Source: Herbidospora yilanensis
Lineage (GTDB): Bacteria; Actinomycetota; Actinomycetes; Streptosporangiales; Streptosporangiaceae
Direction of reading: 5' to 3'
DNA: 64,000 nucleotides
Assembly (NCBI RefSeq): GCF_001570565.1
Contig: NZ_BBXE01000013.1
Coordinates: 264,984 to 328,983 of the forward strand
The notes beneath the pieces were generated by a model. The model did no database searches. It saw only the letters and a list, made by a program, of their open reading frames with translations, and was not told the origin of the DNA. Numbering within the stretch: the stretch's first letter is position 1; every line of letters begins with the position of its first letter. Shown in pieces: positions 1-8,884 of the stretch. A program made the position numbers and the translations under genes.

Positions 1-1899
1 GTGCTCCAGGTGGACGGCGGCGTCCTCGTGGGCGAACTGGCCGGAGGCGTGCCGCGCGGCGGCGCGGGCGTAGGTGATGGCCTTGGCCGCCATCCCCGAG
101 ATGACCAGGCCCTCGCGGTAGTGGTAGGCCAGCTCGCCCGGCTGGGTGCCCCGGCCTTCGAGCACGGCCGCGACCCTGGCGTGCATCCGGCGGCGGCGCA
201 ATGGGGCCAGGCCGTCGCGCAGCACGTCGCGCACGATGTCGTGACTGAAGGTGTAACTCAGCGACCGCTCGGTCAGCAGCCGGGCCTGCACCGCGGCGTC
301 GAGCACGTCGAGCACCTGGTCCTGCGGCAGGTCGAGCACGTCGAGCAGCACGCCCAACTCGGTCTCCCGGCCGATCAGGGCGGCGGCGCTCAGCACGTCG
401 TGGGCGCCCAGCGGCAGCGCGGCCAGCCGCCCGCGCAGCACCTCGGCCATCGCGCCCGGAGTGTCGCCCAGGCCGAGGAAGAACGGGTTGCCGCCGGTCC
501 GCCGCAGCTCCACCCCGGCCCGCAGCGGGTCGCCGCCCGAGCGGGCCAGGTATTCGGCCACCGCCTCCTCGGGCAGCCCGCCCAGGGTCACGCCCTCGAC
601 GTGGGACAGGCGGCGCAGCGCCGCCAGCACGCGGGCCAGCGGCTCACCGACCTCGGTGTCCCGGTACGTCGCCAGCACGGTCAGCCCCGGGCACGACCGC
701 GTGGTGGCCAGGAAGTCGAGCAGGCGCAGCGAGGAGGGGTCGGCCCACTGGAGGTCGTCGAGCACGACCACCGTCGGACCGGCCGCGTTGACCAGGCGGG
801 CGACGGCCTCGTACATGGGGAACTCGCCGGTGGCGGCGGTGATCTCGGCGAGCTCGCCGTCGCGGCCGGTCAGTTCGCGCAGCGCCGTCACCCACGGCCA
901 GAACGGCGGCGCGCCTCCCCCGTCCCAGCACCGCCCCACGACCACCCGCGCGCCGGTCGCGCGATGGGCGGCGGCCTCCACCAGGCTGGTCTTGCCGATG
1001 CCGGGCTCCCCGGCGACCAGCACGACCCGGTGCCCCGGCGCCTCGACGGCGGCGGCCAGCCGGGCCAGTTCGGCCGCGCGGCCCAGGATCTCCGCCTCCG
1101 GGGGCGGGGCGGCCAGGCGTACCGGAGCCGACGGGGAGAGCGCGGCGTCCTGGGCGAGGATGCGCGCCTCCAGCTCGCGGGTGCGCGGCTCGGGGTCGAG
1201 ACCGAGCTCGTCGACGAGCATCCGCCGCCCCTCGGCGAGCAGGGCCAGCGCGTCGGCCTGGCGGCCCGCCTGGTAGAGGGCGTGCGCGGCGTGTCTCCTG
1301 ACACGTTCTCTCGTCGGATACGCCGCCACCAGCCGCACCAGCTCCGGCACCAGCTCGGAGCCCCGGCCGAGGGCGAGGTCGGCCTCGTTGGCCTCCTCGA
1401 CGACGGTGAGCCGCAGCTCGTCGAGCGCGACGCGTTCCTCGCGCGCCCAGGGGAGGTTCTCGAACCCGGTCAGCGCGTCGCCGCGCCACTCGCTCAGGGC
1501 CAGCCGGAACTCCCGGGCCGCTTTCCCGGCGTCGCCCGCCGCGAGCAGCCGCCGCCCCTCGTCGACCCGCCCGGCCACCCGGCGCAGGTCGACGTCGCCG
1601 TCGGGGATGTCGAGGGCGTAGCCGCCGGCCCGCCCGACCAGGACGGCCGCGGCCCCCCGGCGCGACCGGCCCGGTTCGAGCACCCGCCGCAACTTCGAGA
1701 TGTACGCCTGGACGGTGTTGACCGCGCTGGTCGGCGGCTCCTCGTCCCACAGGGCGTCGATGATGCGCGTCACGGTCACCGGACGGGGTGAGGCCAGCAG
1801 GCAGAGCGCCAGCACCGACCGCTGTTGGAGCGGTCCGATGTCAAGGGCGACGCCGTCCGCGCCGATCACCGCGATGGGCCCGAGCACCCGGAATTCCAT
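1..1899 (-). CDS. SARP/AfsR-family transcriptional regulator (winged-helix + BTAD + P-loop NTPase); the C-terminal part runs off the window
   Basis: Not in the supplied ORF track because it is open-ended. My translation of the minus strand from ATG 1899-1897 reads MEFRVLGPIAVIGADGVALDIGPLQQRSVLALCLL...NTVQAYISKLRRVLEP (SARP DNA-binding). It continues through DELRLTVVEEANEADLALGR...ALYQAGRQADALA (BTAD), VVLVAGEPGIGKTSLVEAA (Walker A) and VVVLDDLQWAD (Walker B). The track ORFs over this span (1..1791+, 644..1750-) are low-complexity shadow frames. Confidence 0.85.
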   Translation of the reverse strand, partial: MEFRVLGPIAVIGADGVALDIGPLQQRSVLALCLLASPRPVTVTRIIDALWDEEPPTSAVNTVQAYISKLRRVLEPGRSRRGAAAVLVGRAGGYALDIPDGDVDLRRVAGRVDEGRRLLAAGDAGKAAREFRLALSEWRGDALTGFENLPWAREERVALDELRLTVVEEANEADLALGRGSELVPELVRLVAAYPTRERVRRHAAHALYQAGRQADALALLAEGRRMLVDELGLDPEPRTRELEARILAQDAALSPSAPVRLAAPPPEAEILGRAAELARLAAAVEAPGHRVVLVAGEPGIGKTSLVEAAAHRATGARVVVGRCWDGGGAPPFWPWVTALRELTGRDGELAEITAATGEFPMYEAVARLVNAAGPTVVVLDDLQWADPSSLRLLDFLATTRSCPGLTVLATYRDTEVGEPLARVLAALRRLSHVEGVTLGGLPEEAVAEYLARSGGDPLRAGVELRRTGGNPFFLGLGDTPGAMAEVLRGRLAALPLGAHDVLSAAALIGRETELGVLLDVLDLPQDQVLDVLDAAVQARLLTERSLSYTFSHDIVRDVLRDGLAPLRRRRMHARVAAVLEGRGTQPGELAYHYREGLVISGMAAKAITYARAAARHASGQFAHEDAAVHLEH

Positions 1900-1923
1900 T
1901 GGGGGATGCTACCGAAAAAAGGG

Positions 1924-3207
1924 TTAATGTCCGGCTCTGCGCAACAACCGGCGTGCCGGTCGAGGACCGGTGGTGCGCAACCAGATCTGGATGGCCGCGC
2001 CGCCCAGCGGCGACCGGTCGACCTTGAGGTGGCCGCCCGTCGACTCGGCCAGCCGGCGGGCGATGTCGAGCCCGAGACCGGTCGACCCCGCGCCGCTGTG
2101 GCCGCGCTTCAGCGCGCCCGCCGGATCGTCGATGCCGGGCCCCGCGTCGGCGATGAGGATGCCGACCATGCCGGACCCCTGGTGGAGGGTGACGGTGAAC
2201 GCGGTCCGTTCGGGGGTGTGCCGGAACACGTTGCCGAGGGTGGCGTCGATGACGGCGCTCAGATCGGCCGCCGCGACGGGGACCTTGGCGGGCTCCTCGG
2301 TGCCGTACAGATCCCACGGCCTGGCCTGGTCCTCGGCCAGCGCCGACCAGAAGGCGAGCCGCTCCTTCAGCACCGCGGCGGCGTCGCAGCCCTGCACCGG
2401 GCGGGAGGGCCGGCGTGCGGTCTCGATGATGGCGTCCACCTCGCGTTCGAGCCGGTCGACCTGCTCGGCGGCCGGGCCGTGGGTGCCGACGTGGAGGCGC
2501 AGGGCGGTGAGCGGGGTGCGCAGCCGGTGGGACAGGTCGGCCGCCAGTTCCCGCTCGGCCGCGAGCAGCCCGGCGACCTGGTCGGCCATGGTGTTGAAGG
2601 CCTGCCCGGCGGCGACCAGCTCGGGCGGCCCGGCGGGGGTGATGCGGACCGACAGGTCCCCGGCGCCGAGCGCGCCCGCGGCCTCGCCCAGGGACCGGGT
2701 CGCCTTCACCATCCGGGATCCGAGCCGGTCGGCCACCCCCACCGAGCCCGCGACCAGGGCGACGGCCACCCCGGTGAGGACCGCCCAGGAGGCGGCGACT
2801 CCCTCGCTGAGGGCGGCGTCGGGCACGTACACCTCGATGACCGCCCTTCTCCCCCGGTCGAGCGCGACCGGGCGGAGCACCGCGAACCCGCCCGCGACCT
2901 TGATGGTCTCGGCCCGCACGGTGGCGAGGTCGACGCCGCCGACCCGCGACACGCCGACCGAGGCCCCGTCGAGGTGGACGGCCAGCCGGCTCGCGCCCCC
3001 GGCGGCGGTGCTGGCCAGCGCCGGTTCGAGGCGGCCGGGATCGGTGGTGACGACGAGCGCCGGGACGATCATGCTGGCCTGTCGTTCGGCGTCGTTGAGC
3101 GCCCGGCTCTCGGCGGCCTGCTTGACGGCGGCGGCCAGCGGGATCAGGAACGCGAGCGCCACCATCGCCGTCACGGCCACGGCGACGAGCGCCAAGCTCC
3201 GGCGCAT
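1924..3207 (-). CDS. Sensor histidine kinase (two TM segments, HAMP, HisKA, HATPase_c)
   Basis: This is the C-terminal 427 aa of track ORF 1924..4362-. It starts MRRSLALVAVAVTAMVALAFLIPL, with HAMP-like PELVAAGQAFNTMADQVAGLL, H-box ELAADLSHRLRTPLTAL and ATP-lid motifs DAGPGI and GSTGLGLDIARRLAE. The ATG at 3207 overlaps the upstream regulator stop (ATGA). Confidence 0.85.
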   Translation of the reverse strand: MRRSLALVAVAVTAMVALAFLIPLAAAVKQAAESRALNDAERQASMIVPALVVTTDPGRLEPALASTAAGGASRLAVHLDGASVGVSRVGGVDLATVRAETIKVAGGFAVLRPVALDRGRRAVIEVYVPDAALSEGVAASWAVLTGVAVALVAGSVGVADRLGSRMVKATRSLGEAAGALGAGDLSVRITPAGPPELVAAGQAFNTMADQVAGLLAAERELAADLSHRLRTPLTALRLHVGTHGPAAEQVDRLEREVDAIIETARRPSRPVQGCDAAAVLKERLAFWSALAEDQARPWDLYGTEEPAKVPVAAADLSAVIDATLGNVFRHTPERTAFTVTLHQGSGMVGILIADAGPGIDDPAGALKRGHSGAGSTGLGLDIARRLAESTGGHLKVDRSPLGGAAIQIWLRTTGPRPARRLLRRAGH

Positions 3208-3887
3208 CAGACGCCGGGCGCGCTGAGCCGGACGCCGACCCCCCGCACCGTGTGGATGTACCGGGGACTCGACGCGCTCTCGCCGAGCTTGCGCCGCAAC
3301 CACGACAGGTGCACGTCGATCGTCTGGTCGTCGCCGTACGACTGCCGCCACACCTCGGTCAGCAGTTCCTTCCGCGAGACCACCCGGTCGGGCCGCGCCC
3401 CCAGATAGGCCAGCAGGTCGAACTCCCGGCGGGTCAGCTCCAGCGGTCTCCCGTCGAGCGCCGCCTCGCGCCGCGCCGGGTCGACGGTCAGCCCGCCGAT
3501 CCGGATCGGCGCCGTCGCCGGGGCGGTCCGCGCCCGCCGCAGCACCGCCTCGATGCGGGCGTTGAGATGGTCGCCGGAGAACGGCTTGACGAGATAGTCG
3601 TCGGCGCCGTCCCGCAGCAGCCGCACGATCTCGGCCTCGTCGTCGCGGGCCGTGGCGATGATGACCGGCACGTCGGAGATGGCCCGCAACATCTTCAGCG
3701 CCTCGGCCCCGTCGAGGTCGGGTAAGCCCAGGTCGAGCACGACCACGTCGGGCGGGAAGTGCGCGATGTCGCGCAGCGCGTCGAGAGCGCCGCCCGCGCT
3801 GCGCACGGCGTGGCTGCGGCCCCCCAGATCGCGGATGATCGCCGACCGGACGAACTCGTCGTCCTCCACCACCAGAACCGTCGCCAT
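3207..3887 (-). CDS. OmpR/PhoB-family response regulator
   Basis: MATVLVVEDDEFV...VVVLDLGLPDLDG...DDYLVKPF forms the receiver domain. The winged-helix output domain reads LTRREFDLLAYL...TIDVHLSWLRRKL...IHTVRGVGVRL. I took an internal start in track ORF 3207..4142-, because the longer N-terminus is Arg/Pro-rich junk. Confidence 0.9.
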   Translation of the reverse strand: MATVLVVEDDEFVRSAIIRDLGGRSHAVRSAGGALDALRDIAHFPPDVVVLDLGLPDLDGAEALKMLRAISDVPVIIATARDDEAEIVRLLRDGADDYLVKPFSGDHLNARIEAVLRRARTAPATAPIRIGGLTVDPARREAALDGRPLELTRREFDLLAYLGARPDRVVSRKELLTEVWRQSYGDDQTIDVHLSWLRRKLGESASSPRYIHTVRGVGVRLSAPGV

Positions 3888-3940
3888 GGCCCCACACGTT
3901 ACGACACGTTTCGATGGTCTTTCGGGGATAATGCCGCCAT

Positions 3941-4477
3941 ATGCGTGCGATCGGGTACACCGTGGCGTGGTGCGGGGCCACCGCCCTCGCCGTCGGAGTG
4001 GCCTGGTTCGGCGTGAGCGGCGTCCTGCGCACGGCTCTCGGCGACGGAGAGCCGCTGACCCCGCTGGTGGTCGCGGCCCCGAACCTGGTGTCGGGCGTCC
4101 AGCGCGAACCTCCCCCCGCACCGGACGAGAAGGCGGCGCCACCTCCCGCTCCGAGCACGACGCCCACCCCGGCCCCCCGGCCCAGGAAGAAGCCCACCGC
4201 GAGCAGCCGCCCGACGCCCACGCGGAAGAGCCCGGTCCCCTCTCCGGCCGCGGCGGAGAGACTGCACACCTTCACCCTCAAGGGCGGCCGGGCGACGGTG
4301 GCCGTCGGGGAGGGCGACTGCCGGATCGTGTCGGCCACCCCGGCGGAGGGCTGGGAGCTCAAGACGTGGACGGAGCCCTACTGGCTGCGCGTCACGTTCC
4401 TGAAGGACGGCCGGGAGTCGTCGGCCTTCTGCACGTGGAACACGTTGCCCCCGAGGCTCGACACCTACGAGACGTGA
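3941..4477 (+). CDS. Hypothetical membrane-anchored protein with a Pro-rich linker
   Basis: Track ORF with an N-terminal TM (CGATALAVGVAWFGVSGVL), a Pro/Thr-rich spacer and a globular C-terminus (HTFTLKGGRATVAVGEGDCRIVSATPAEGWELKTW). It has high GC3 and is divergent from the two-component operon. No family was recognised. Confidence 0.6.
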   Translation: MRAIGYTVAWCGATALAVGVAWFGVSGVLRTALGDGEPLTPLVVAAPNLVSGVQREPPPAPDEKAAPPPAPSTTPTPAPRPRKKPTASSRPTPTRKSPVPSPAAAERLHTFTLKGGRATVAVGEGDCRIVSATPAEGWELKTWTEPYWLRVTFLKDGRESSAFCTWNTLPPRLDTYET

Positions 4478-4503
4478 AAGGGGGCGGCTCGGCCGCCCCC
4501 TTT
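4477..4503. terminator. GC-rich hairpin between convergent genes (candidate bidirectional terminator)
   Basis: AAAGGGGGCGGC-TCG-GCCGCCCCCTTT is a perfect 11-12 bp stem. It lies directly after the stop at 4475-4477 and before the convergent gene that ends at 4515. Confidence 0.5.
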
Positions 4504-4514
4504 CGCCTGAATCG

Positions 4515-5180
4515 CTACTTGAGCGACTTCTGGTACTTCTGCAGTTCCTTCAGGTGCTTCCGGCCCGACTCGATGATCGCGTTGGCCATCTGGATCCCGG
4601 GCCCGAACTCGCCGCCGGCCGTCTCCTCCTCGGCCAGGGCCAGCGCCCCCTTCTGGTGCTCGATCATCAACGCCACGAAGCGCTCGTCGAAGGCGGCCCC
4701 GGCCGACCCGGCCAGGTCGGCCATGTCCTTGTCCGAGATGAGCCCCGGCATCGGCTTCCCGCGCTCAAGCGGCTCCACCGCCCACTCCGACAACCATGCC
4801 TTCAACGTCTGCACCTCGGGCTCGCGCGCCGCCCGGATCTCGGCGGCGAAGTCGCGCACCCACTGGTCGCCGGCGGCGGTCGCGGCCAGCCCGGTCAGGT
4901 CGTAGGCCTGGAGGTTGTGGGTGATCAACGTCGAGGCGAAGGTCTTGTCCGTCTCGTTGGGCGCGGCGTCGGCGACGACGGCCGGCTCCTCGGTGGGCGT
5001 CGGCTCCTCGGCCGCCTCGGTCGCCTGGGGCTCCTGCGACGCCGTCACGGTGGGGATGGCGTCGGGGGTGGTAGGGGCGGCCGGGGGCGGCGTGGCGGCG
5101 GTGCCGCTCCCGGAGGAGCACCCGGAGATCAGGGCCACGGCCGCGAGGGCGGGCAGGGCGATCCGGCGGAAGGTCGTCAT
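4515..5180 (-). CDS. DUF305-family lipoprotein
   Basis: Internal start MTTFRRIALPALAAVALISGC (lipobox LISGC) in track ORF 4515..5261-. A Pro/Thr/Glu linker follows, then duplicated four-helix DUF305-like segments (FASTLITHNLQA... and FVALMIEHQKGALALA). Confidence 0.75.
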   Translation of the reverse strand: MTTFRRIALPALAAVALISGCSSGSGTAATPPPAAPTTPDAIPTVTASQEPQATEAAEEPTPTEEPAVVADAAPNETDKTFASTLITHNLQAYDLTGLAATAAGDQWVRDFAAEIRAAREPEVQTLKAWLSEWAVEPLERGKPMPGLISDKDMADLAGSAGAAFDERFVALMIEHQKGALALAEEETAGGEFGPGIQMANAIIESGRKHLKELQKYQKSLK

Positions 5181-5412
5181 GGGGCGAGACCCTACCGAAA
5201 CCCACATAAGGGAGTGTTCAGCTAAAGGGCGAAGGGCCACAGACCGCCTGAATCGTGCCACTCAGCGAACTCTCCTAACTCTTTCGGTCAAACCATGGTG
5301 CGCTTCCGGAGCACGTGTTCTAACCTGCGACCATGCGCAAGTGGCCCGAAAATCGATGAAAGGTTTCATCCACTCGAAACCTCTGTTGACACGCACGAAA
5401 CAGTGATACGTT

Positions 5413-5430
5413 CTTGGGAGCGCTCCCAAG
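5413..5430. promoter_or_regulatory. Perfect CelR/CebR-type operator palindrome
   Basis: CTTGGGAGCGCTCCCAAG is an 18 bp perfect palindrome containing the 14 bp TGGGAGCGCTCCCA. It lies about 40 bp upstream of the LacI-family gene start at 5467. Confidence 0.6.
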
Positions 5431-5466
5431 CCGCCGCGTGACACAATTCGGGCCTGAGGAGACCGG

Positions 5467-6471
5467 ATGGCCGATCTTCCCACCCTCGCAGAGGTAGCCG
5501 CCGCTGCTGGCGTCTCCCCGGCAACCGCTTCCCGAGTCCTGACGGGCTCGGTCAGAGTGACAACAAGCACCAGGCGACAGGTCCACGACGCCATGTCGCG
5601 CCTGGGGTACGTCCGCCGGAGAGCCCCCCGGGGTTCCACCGCGCGCCGTACGGACCAGATCGTCGCCGCAGTGGTCTGCGAACAGACGCCTCGGTTGTTC
5701 ACCGAGCCGTACTACGCACGACTGTTGTCGGCCGCCGAAGAGGTCTTCGCCGGCCACGGGGTACCCCTCGTGGTCATGACGGCCACTCCGGCGACCGCCG
5801 CGATCGCCGCTCCGCCACTGGTGGCGGGGGCCGTCGACGGGGTGCTGCTGATCGGGGCGCGGGCCCGCCACCCGCTCGCCGTGACGCTCGCCGCCTCGGG
5901 GATCCCGGTCCGCAGTGCCGGGCGTCCACCGGACGGCGTGGACCTCCCCTACGTCGACATGGACAATCGCGACGGTGGCCGCCAGGCCGCCGAACACCTG
6001 CTGCTGGGCAACCGCAGGGTGATCGCCACGATCGCCGGGCCGCCGACTCTCCCGGCGGCCAGGGACCGGCTCGACGGGTTCCGGGAGACCCTCCGCGACG
6101 CGGGGGTCACCGACATGCCCGTCGCGTACGGCGACTTCACCCACGCCTCGGGCGCGCACGCCATGCAATGGCTGCTGCAACGCGCACCCAGGCTGGACGC
6201 GGTGTTCGCCGCGTCCGACGTGATGGCGGCCGGCGCGATCCAGGCGCTGCGGCGGGCCGGGCGCAAGGTGCCCGACGACGTCGCGGTGGTCGGGTTCGAC
6301 GACGCCCCCATCGCCCGGCACACCTCGCCGACGCTCACCACGGTCCGCCAGCCCGTAGAGGAACAGGCGGCCCTGGCCGCCCGGATGCTCCTCATGGCCC
6401 TCGCCGAAGGCGAGTCGCCCAAGGGGAACCCCGTCCTGCCCACGGAACTGATCGTCCGTGAATCGACCTGA
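5467..6471 (+). CDS. LacI-family transcriptional regulator (possible CelR/CebR-like)
   Basis: N-terminal HTH PTLAEVAAAAGVSPATASRVLTGS...RRQVHDAMSRLGY is followed by a periplasmic-binding-fold sugar sensor domain (VDGVLLIG, IATIAGP, DAVFAASDVMAAGAIQAL, PDDVAVVGFDD). Confidence 0.9.
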   Translation: MADLPTLAEVAAAAGVSPATASRVLTGSVRVTTSTRRQVHDAMSRLGYVRRRAPRGSTARRTDQIVAAVVCEQTPRLFTEPYYARLLSAAEEVFAGHGVPLVVMTATPATAAIAAPPLVAGAVDGVLLIGARARHPLAVTLAASGIPVRSAGRPPDGVDLPYVDMDNRDGGRQAAEHLLLGNRRVIATIAGPPTLPAARDRLDGFRETLRDAGVTDMPVAYGDFTHASGAHAMQWLLQRAPRLDAVFAASDVMAAGAIQALRRAGRKVPDDVAVVGFDDAPIARHTSPTLTTVRQPVEEQAALAARMLLMALAEGESPKGNPVLPTELIVREST

Positions 6472-7897
6472 GCTGGCCGAAGGCGATGTCCTGACCCGTC
6501 GCTATCTGCTCCAGGAGCGGATAGCGACGGGCGGCATGTCGGTCATCTGGAAGGCGTTCGACCAGTCTCTCCAGCGGACCGTCGCCATCAAGCTGCTCGA
6601 CTCGTCCCTCGACGGCGACAACCCCGGCCGGGAACTCATCCGCCGGGAGGCCAGGGCGACGGCCCGGCTGATCCACCCCGACGCCATCGAGGTCTACGAC
6701 TACGGCGAGACCGTCACCCCCCGGGGACGCCTCGCCGCCTACGTCGTCATGCGCCTCCTGGAGGGCAGGTCCCTGGCCGACCGCCTGGCCGAGGGCCCGC
6801 TCCCCTGGGAGGAGGCCGCGGCCACGGCCGCCCGCCTGGCCCTGGTGCTCGCCGCCGCCCACGAACGCGGCATCGTGCACCGCGACGTGACGCCGGAGAA
6901 CGTCCTCCTCACCCCGGAGGGCGCCAAGCTGCTCGACTTCGGCATCGCCGCGTTCGCCGGCGAGGCCGACGACGAGCTGGTCAAGGACTTCGGCACGCCG
7001 CCATACGTGGCCCCGGAACGCCTCAGGGAGTTGCCCGCCGCCCCCGCGGTCGACGTCTACTCCCTGGGCGTCCTCCTGTACGAGATGCTCAAGGGCCGCC
7101 CGCCCTATCCCGAGACGACCTGGGAGGGCATCGAACAGGCCCGCCGCGACGGCCCGCCCCCGGGCCCCGACGGCGTGCCCGGCCTCCCTTCCGAGATCGC
7201 CGCCCTCTGCCGCCGCTGTCTGTCGCCCGACCCGACGGAACGCCCGAGCGCGCGTGAGGTCGCCGCCGCCCTGATGCCCGGAGAGGCCGAACGCGAGCCC
7301 GGCTGGGTCAAGTGGGGAGCCGCGGTGGCCGGGGTGCTGGCGCTCGGCGTCCTGCTCGTCCAGCAGCCGGGCACCCCGGCCGGCCTGGCCGCCGACATCA
7401 GCCTGAGCGTGACCCCCACCAGCCAGGCCACCGCCCGCACCCCCGCCGACCGCAGCGTCCCGGTGCTGGACCCGGCCCCCGAGGCGGCCGAACCCAGGGC
7501 CACCGACGCGGGCTCACCCCCGATCACGGAGGACGAGCCGGAGCCGCCGCCGAAGAGCCCGCCGCCCCGGCCGACCCCGCGTCCCGGGTCGACGCTGGGC
7601 CCCATCCCGCTGGCCAGCCCCGCCCCCGGCGTCCCGACCGTGAAGGAGGCGGCGGCGGAGTTCGACCGTCTGGTGGCCGAGGGCGGCAAGGCGGGCCACA
7701 TCATCGGCTACGCGGCCGACGACCTGCGGCTGGAACTGCGCAACATGATCGCCAACGACGACGCCGGCGCGATCGGGAACCTGCGGACGAAACTCGACGA
7801 CCGCCTGAGGGAGGAGGTCCTCACCCCGGCCTTCAAGACCCGCCTGGAAGGGGCCCTCGACCGTTTGGCGGCGGCCTTCGCCGCGAAGGGCGCCTGA
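6458..7897 (+). CDS. Transmembrane Ser/Thr protein kinase (Hanks type)
   Basis: GGMSVIWKA...VAIKLL, HRDVTPENVLL, DFGIA and GTPPYVAPE are all present. A TM helix (AAVAGVLALGVLLV), a Pro-rich region and a helical extracellular tail follow. GTG start. Confidence 0.9.
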   Translation: MNRPELAEGDVLTRRYLLQERIATGGMSVIWKAFDQSLQRTVAIKLLDSSLDGDNPGRELIRREARATARLIHPDAIEVYDYGETVTPRGRLAAYVVMRLLEGRSLADRLAEGPLPWEEAAATAARLALVLAAAHERGIVHRDVTPENVLLTPEGAKLLDFGIAAFAGEADDELVKDFGTPPYVAPERLRELPAAPAVDVYSLGVLLYEMLKGRPPYPETTWEGIEQARRDGPPPGPDGVPGLPSEIAALCRRCLSPDPTERPSAREVAAALMPGEAEREPGWVKWGAAVAGVLALGVLLVQQPGTPAGLAADISLSVTPTSQATARTPADRSVPVLDPAPEAAEPRATDAGSPPITEDEPEPPPKSPPPRPTPRPGSTLGPIPLASPAPGVPTVKEAAAEFDRLVAEGGKAGHIIGYAADDLRLELRNMIANDDAGAIGNLRTKLDDRLREEVLTPAFKTRLEGALDRLAAAFAAKGA

Positions 7898-8194
7898 GCG
7901 ACGCCCCACAGAACAGTCCTCGGGCGTCTTCCACCTACGTTGCCGCGCTCTCAGAAAATGTCAGCCCCACCCGGGAGGCTCACTCCCCTGGGGCGGGCGG
8001 GCCGTTTCAATCGCCGGCCGCCCTTCATCCGGGCCGCGCTCCAAAAGCCCCCGCAAGCCCTCCGGAGTCCACTCCGTGGAACACCCGCTGGCGGACCTCG
8101 GTCCTGACCCGGCAGAGTAAAGCCAGATCGTGCGGGCCCCCGCACGTGTCCGCACGATCCGCGATTCCCTCCGCGCAAAACGCGCGATATCCCG

Positions 8195-8226
8195 TGGGAG
8201 CGCTCCCGTCAATGGGAGCGCTCCCA
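8195..8226. promoter_or_regulatory. Two tandem CelR/CebR-type palindromes
   Basis: TGGGAGCGCTCCCG (8195-8208) and TGGGAGCGCTCCCA (8213-8226) have centres 18 bp apart. They lie 120-150 bp upstream of mscL in an otherwise gene-free 450 bp gap. Confidence 0.55.
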
Positions 8227-8347
8227 GAATAAGCGTGTGTTTCATGCCCGTATCGCCTCGGTTGCCGGACCCACCCTTCACCTTCCCGCAAGCCTGCCGA
8301 ATCTTTCGTACGGATTCTGCGCCTTTCATTGGGTAGCCTGCGGGCCC

Positions 8348-8773
8348 ATGAGCGGATTCAAAAAATTCCTCCTCCGCGGCAACATCGTGGAGCTGGCGGT
8401 CGCCGTGGTCATCGGCGCCGCCTTCGGCGGTCTCGTCCAGGCCGTGGTCGCCGACTTCATCACTCCCCTGGTCAAGGCCATCACCGGCGGCGCCGAGCAG
8501 AGCTTCGGCGAGCTCAAGTTCACCGTCAACGGCAGCGACTTCGCCTACGGCCACTTCCTCAACACCCTGTTGAGCTTCGTGATCATCTCGGCGGTCGTCT
8601 ACTGGCTGGTGGTCACCCCCATGACCCGGCTGGTCGCCATGTTCGAGAAGGACAAGGTCGCCACAGAGAAGAAGTGCCCGGAATGTCTGAGCGACGTACC
8701 CGTCGAGGCCCGCAGGTGTGCCTTCTGCACGAGTGACCTGACCCCGGCGGCGGCCGAGCGGCCGGCCATGTAA
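8348..8773 (+). CDS. mscL: Large-conductance mechanosensitive channel MscL with a C-terminal CxxC...CxxC tail
   Basis: Internal start MSGFKKFLLRGNIVELAVAVVIGAAFGGLV...DFITPL (the MscL TM1 signature) in track ORF 8237..8773+. A second TM reads LLSFVIISAVVYWLVV, and the tail is KKCPECLSDVPVEARRCAFC. Confidence 0.9.
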   Translation: MSGFKKFLLRGNIVELAVAVVIGAAFGGLVQAVVADFITPLVKAITGGAEQSFGELKFTVNGSDFAYGHFLNTLLSFVIISAVVYWLVVTPMTRLVAMFEKDKVATEKKCPECLSDVPVEARRCAFCTSDLTPAAAERPAM

Positions 8774-8884
8774 GAGTTCGGGCATAAGGCCGGCGTAAAA
8801 GTTGTAAGCGGCGTGAAAGGCCGCCGCAAGTGGGCTTCCCTAGTGTCCCGTCTCGTCAAAGACAACTAGGAAGGCACTCTCCCA

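Noticed and set aside
1-1791. 596-aa plus-strand ORF (and 644..1750-, 461..1276+) at the left edge
   Set aside because: Their composition is dominated by G/R/A/P/V/H with no motifs. They are antisense or offset frames of the SARP regulator, which translates cleanly on the minus strand from 1899.
1924-4362. 812-aa minus ORF suggesting one giant protein
   Set aside because: Only the last 427 aa (from MRRSLALV at 3207) look like a protein, namely a histidine kinase. The upstream part is an out-of-frame read through the response-regulator gene and is Arg/Pro/Gly-rich.
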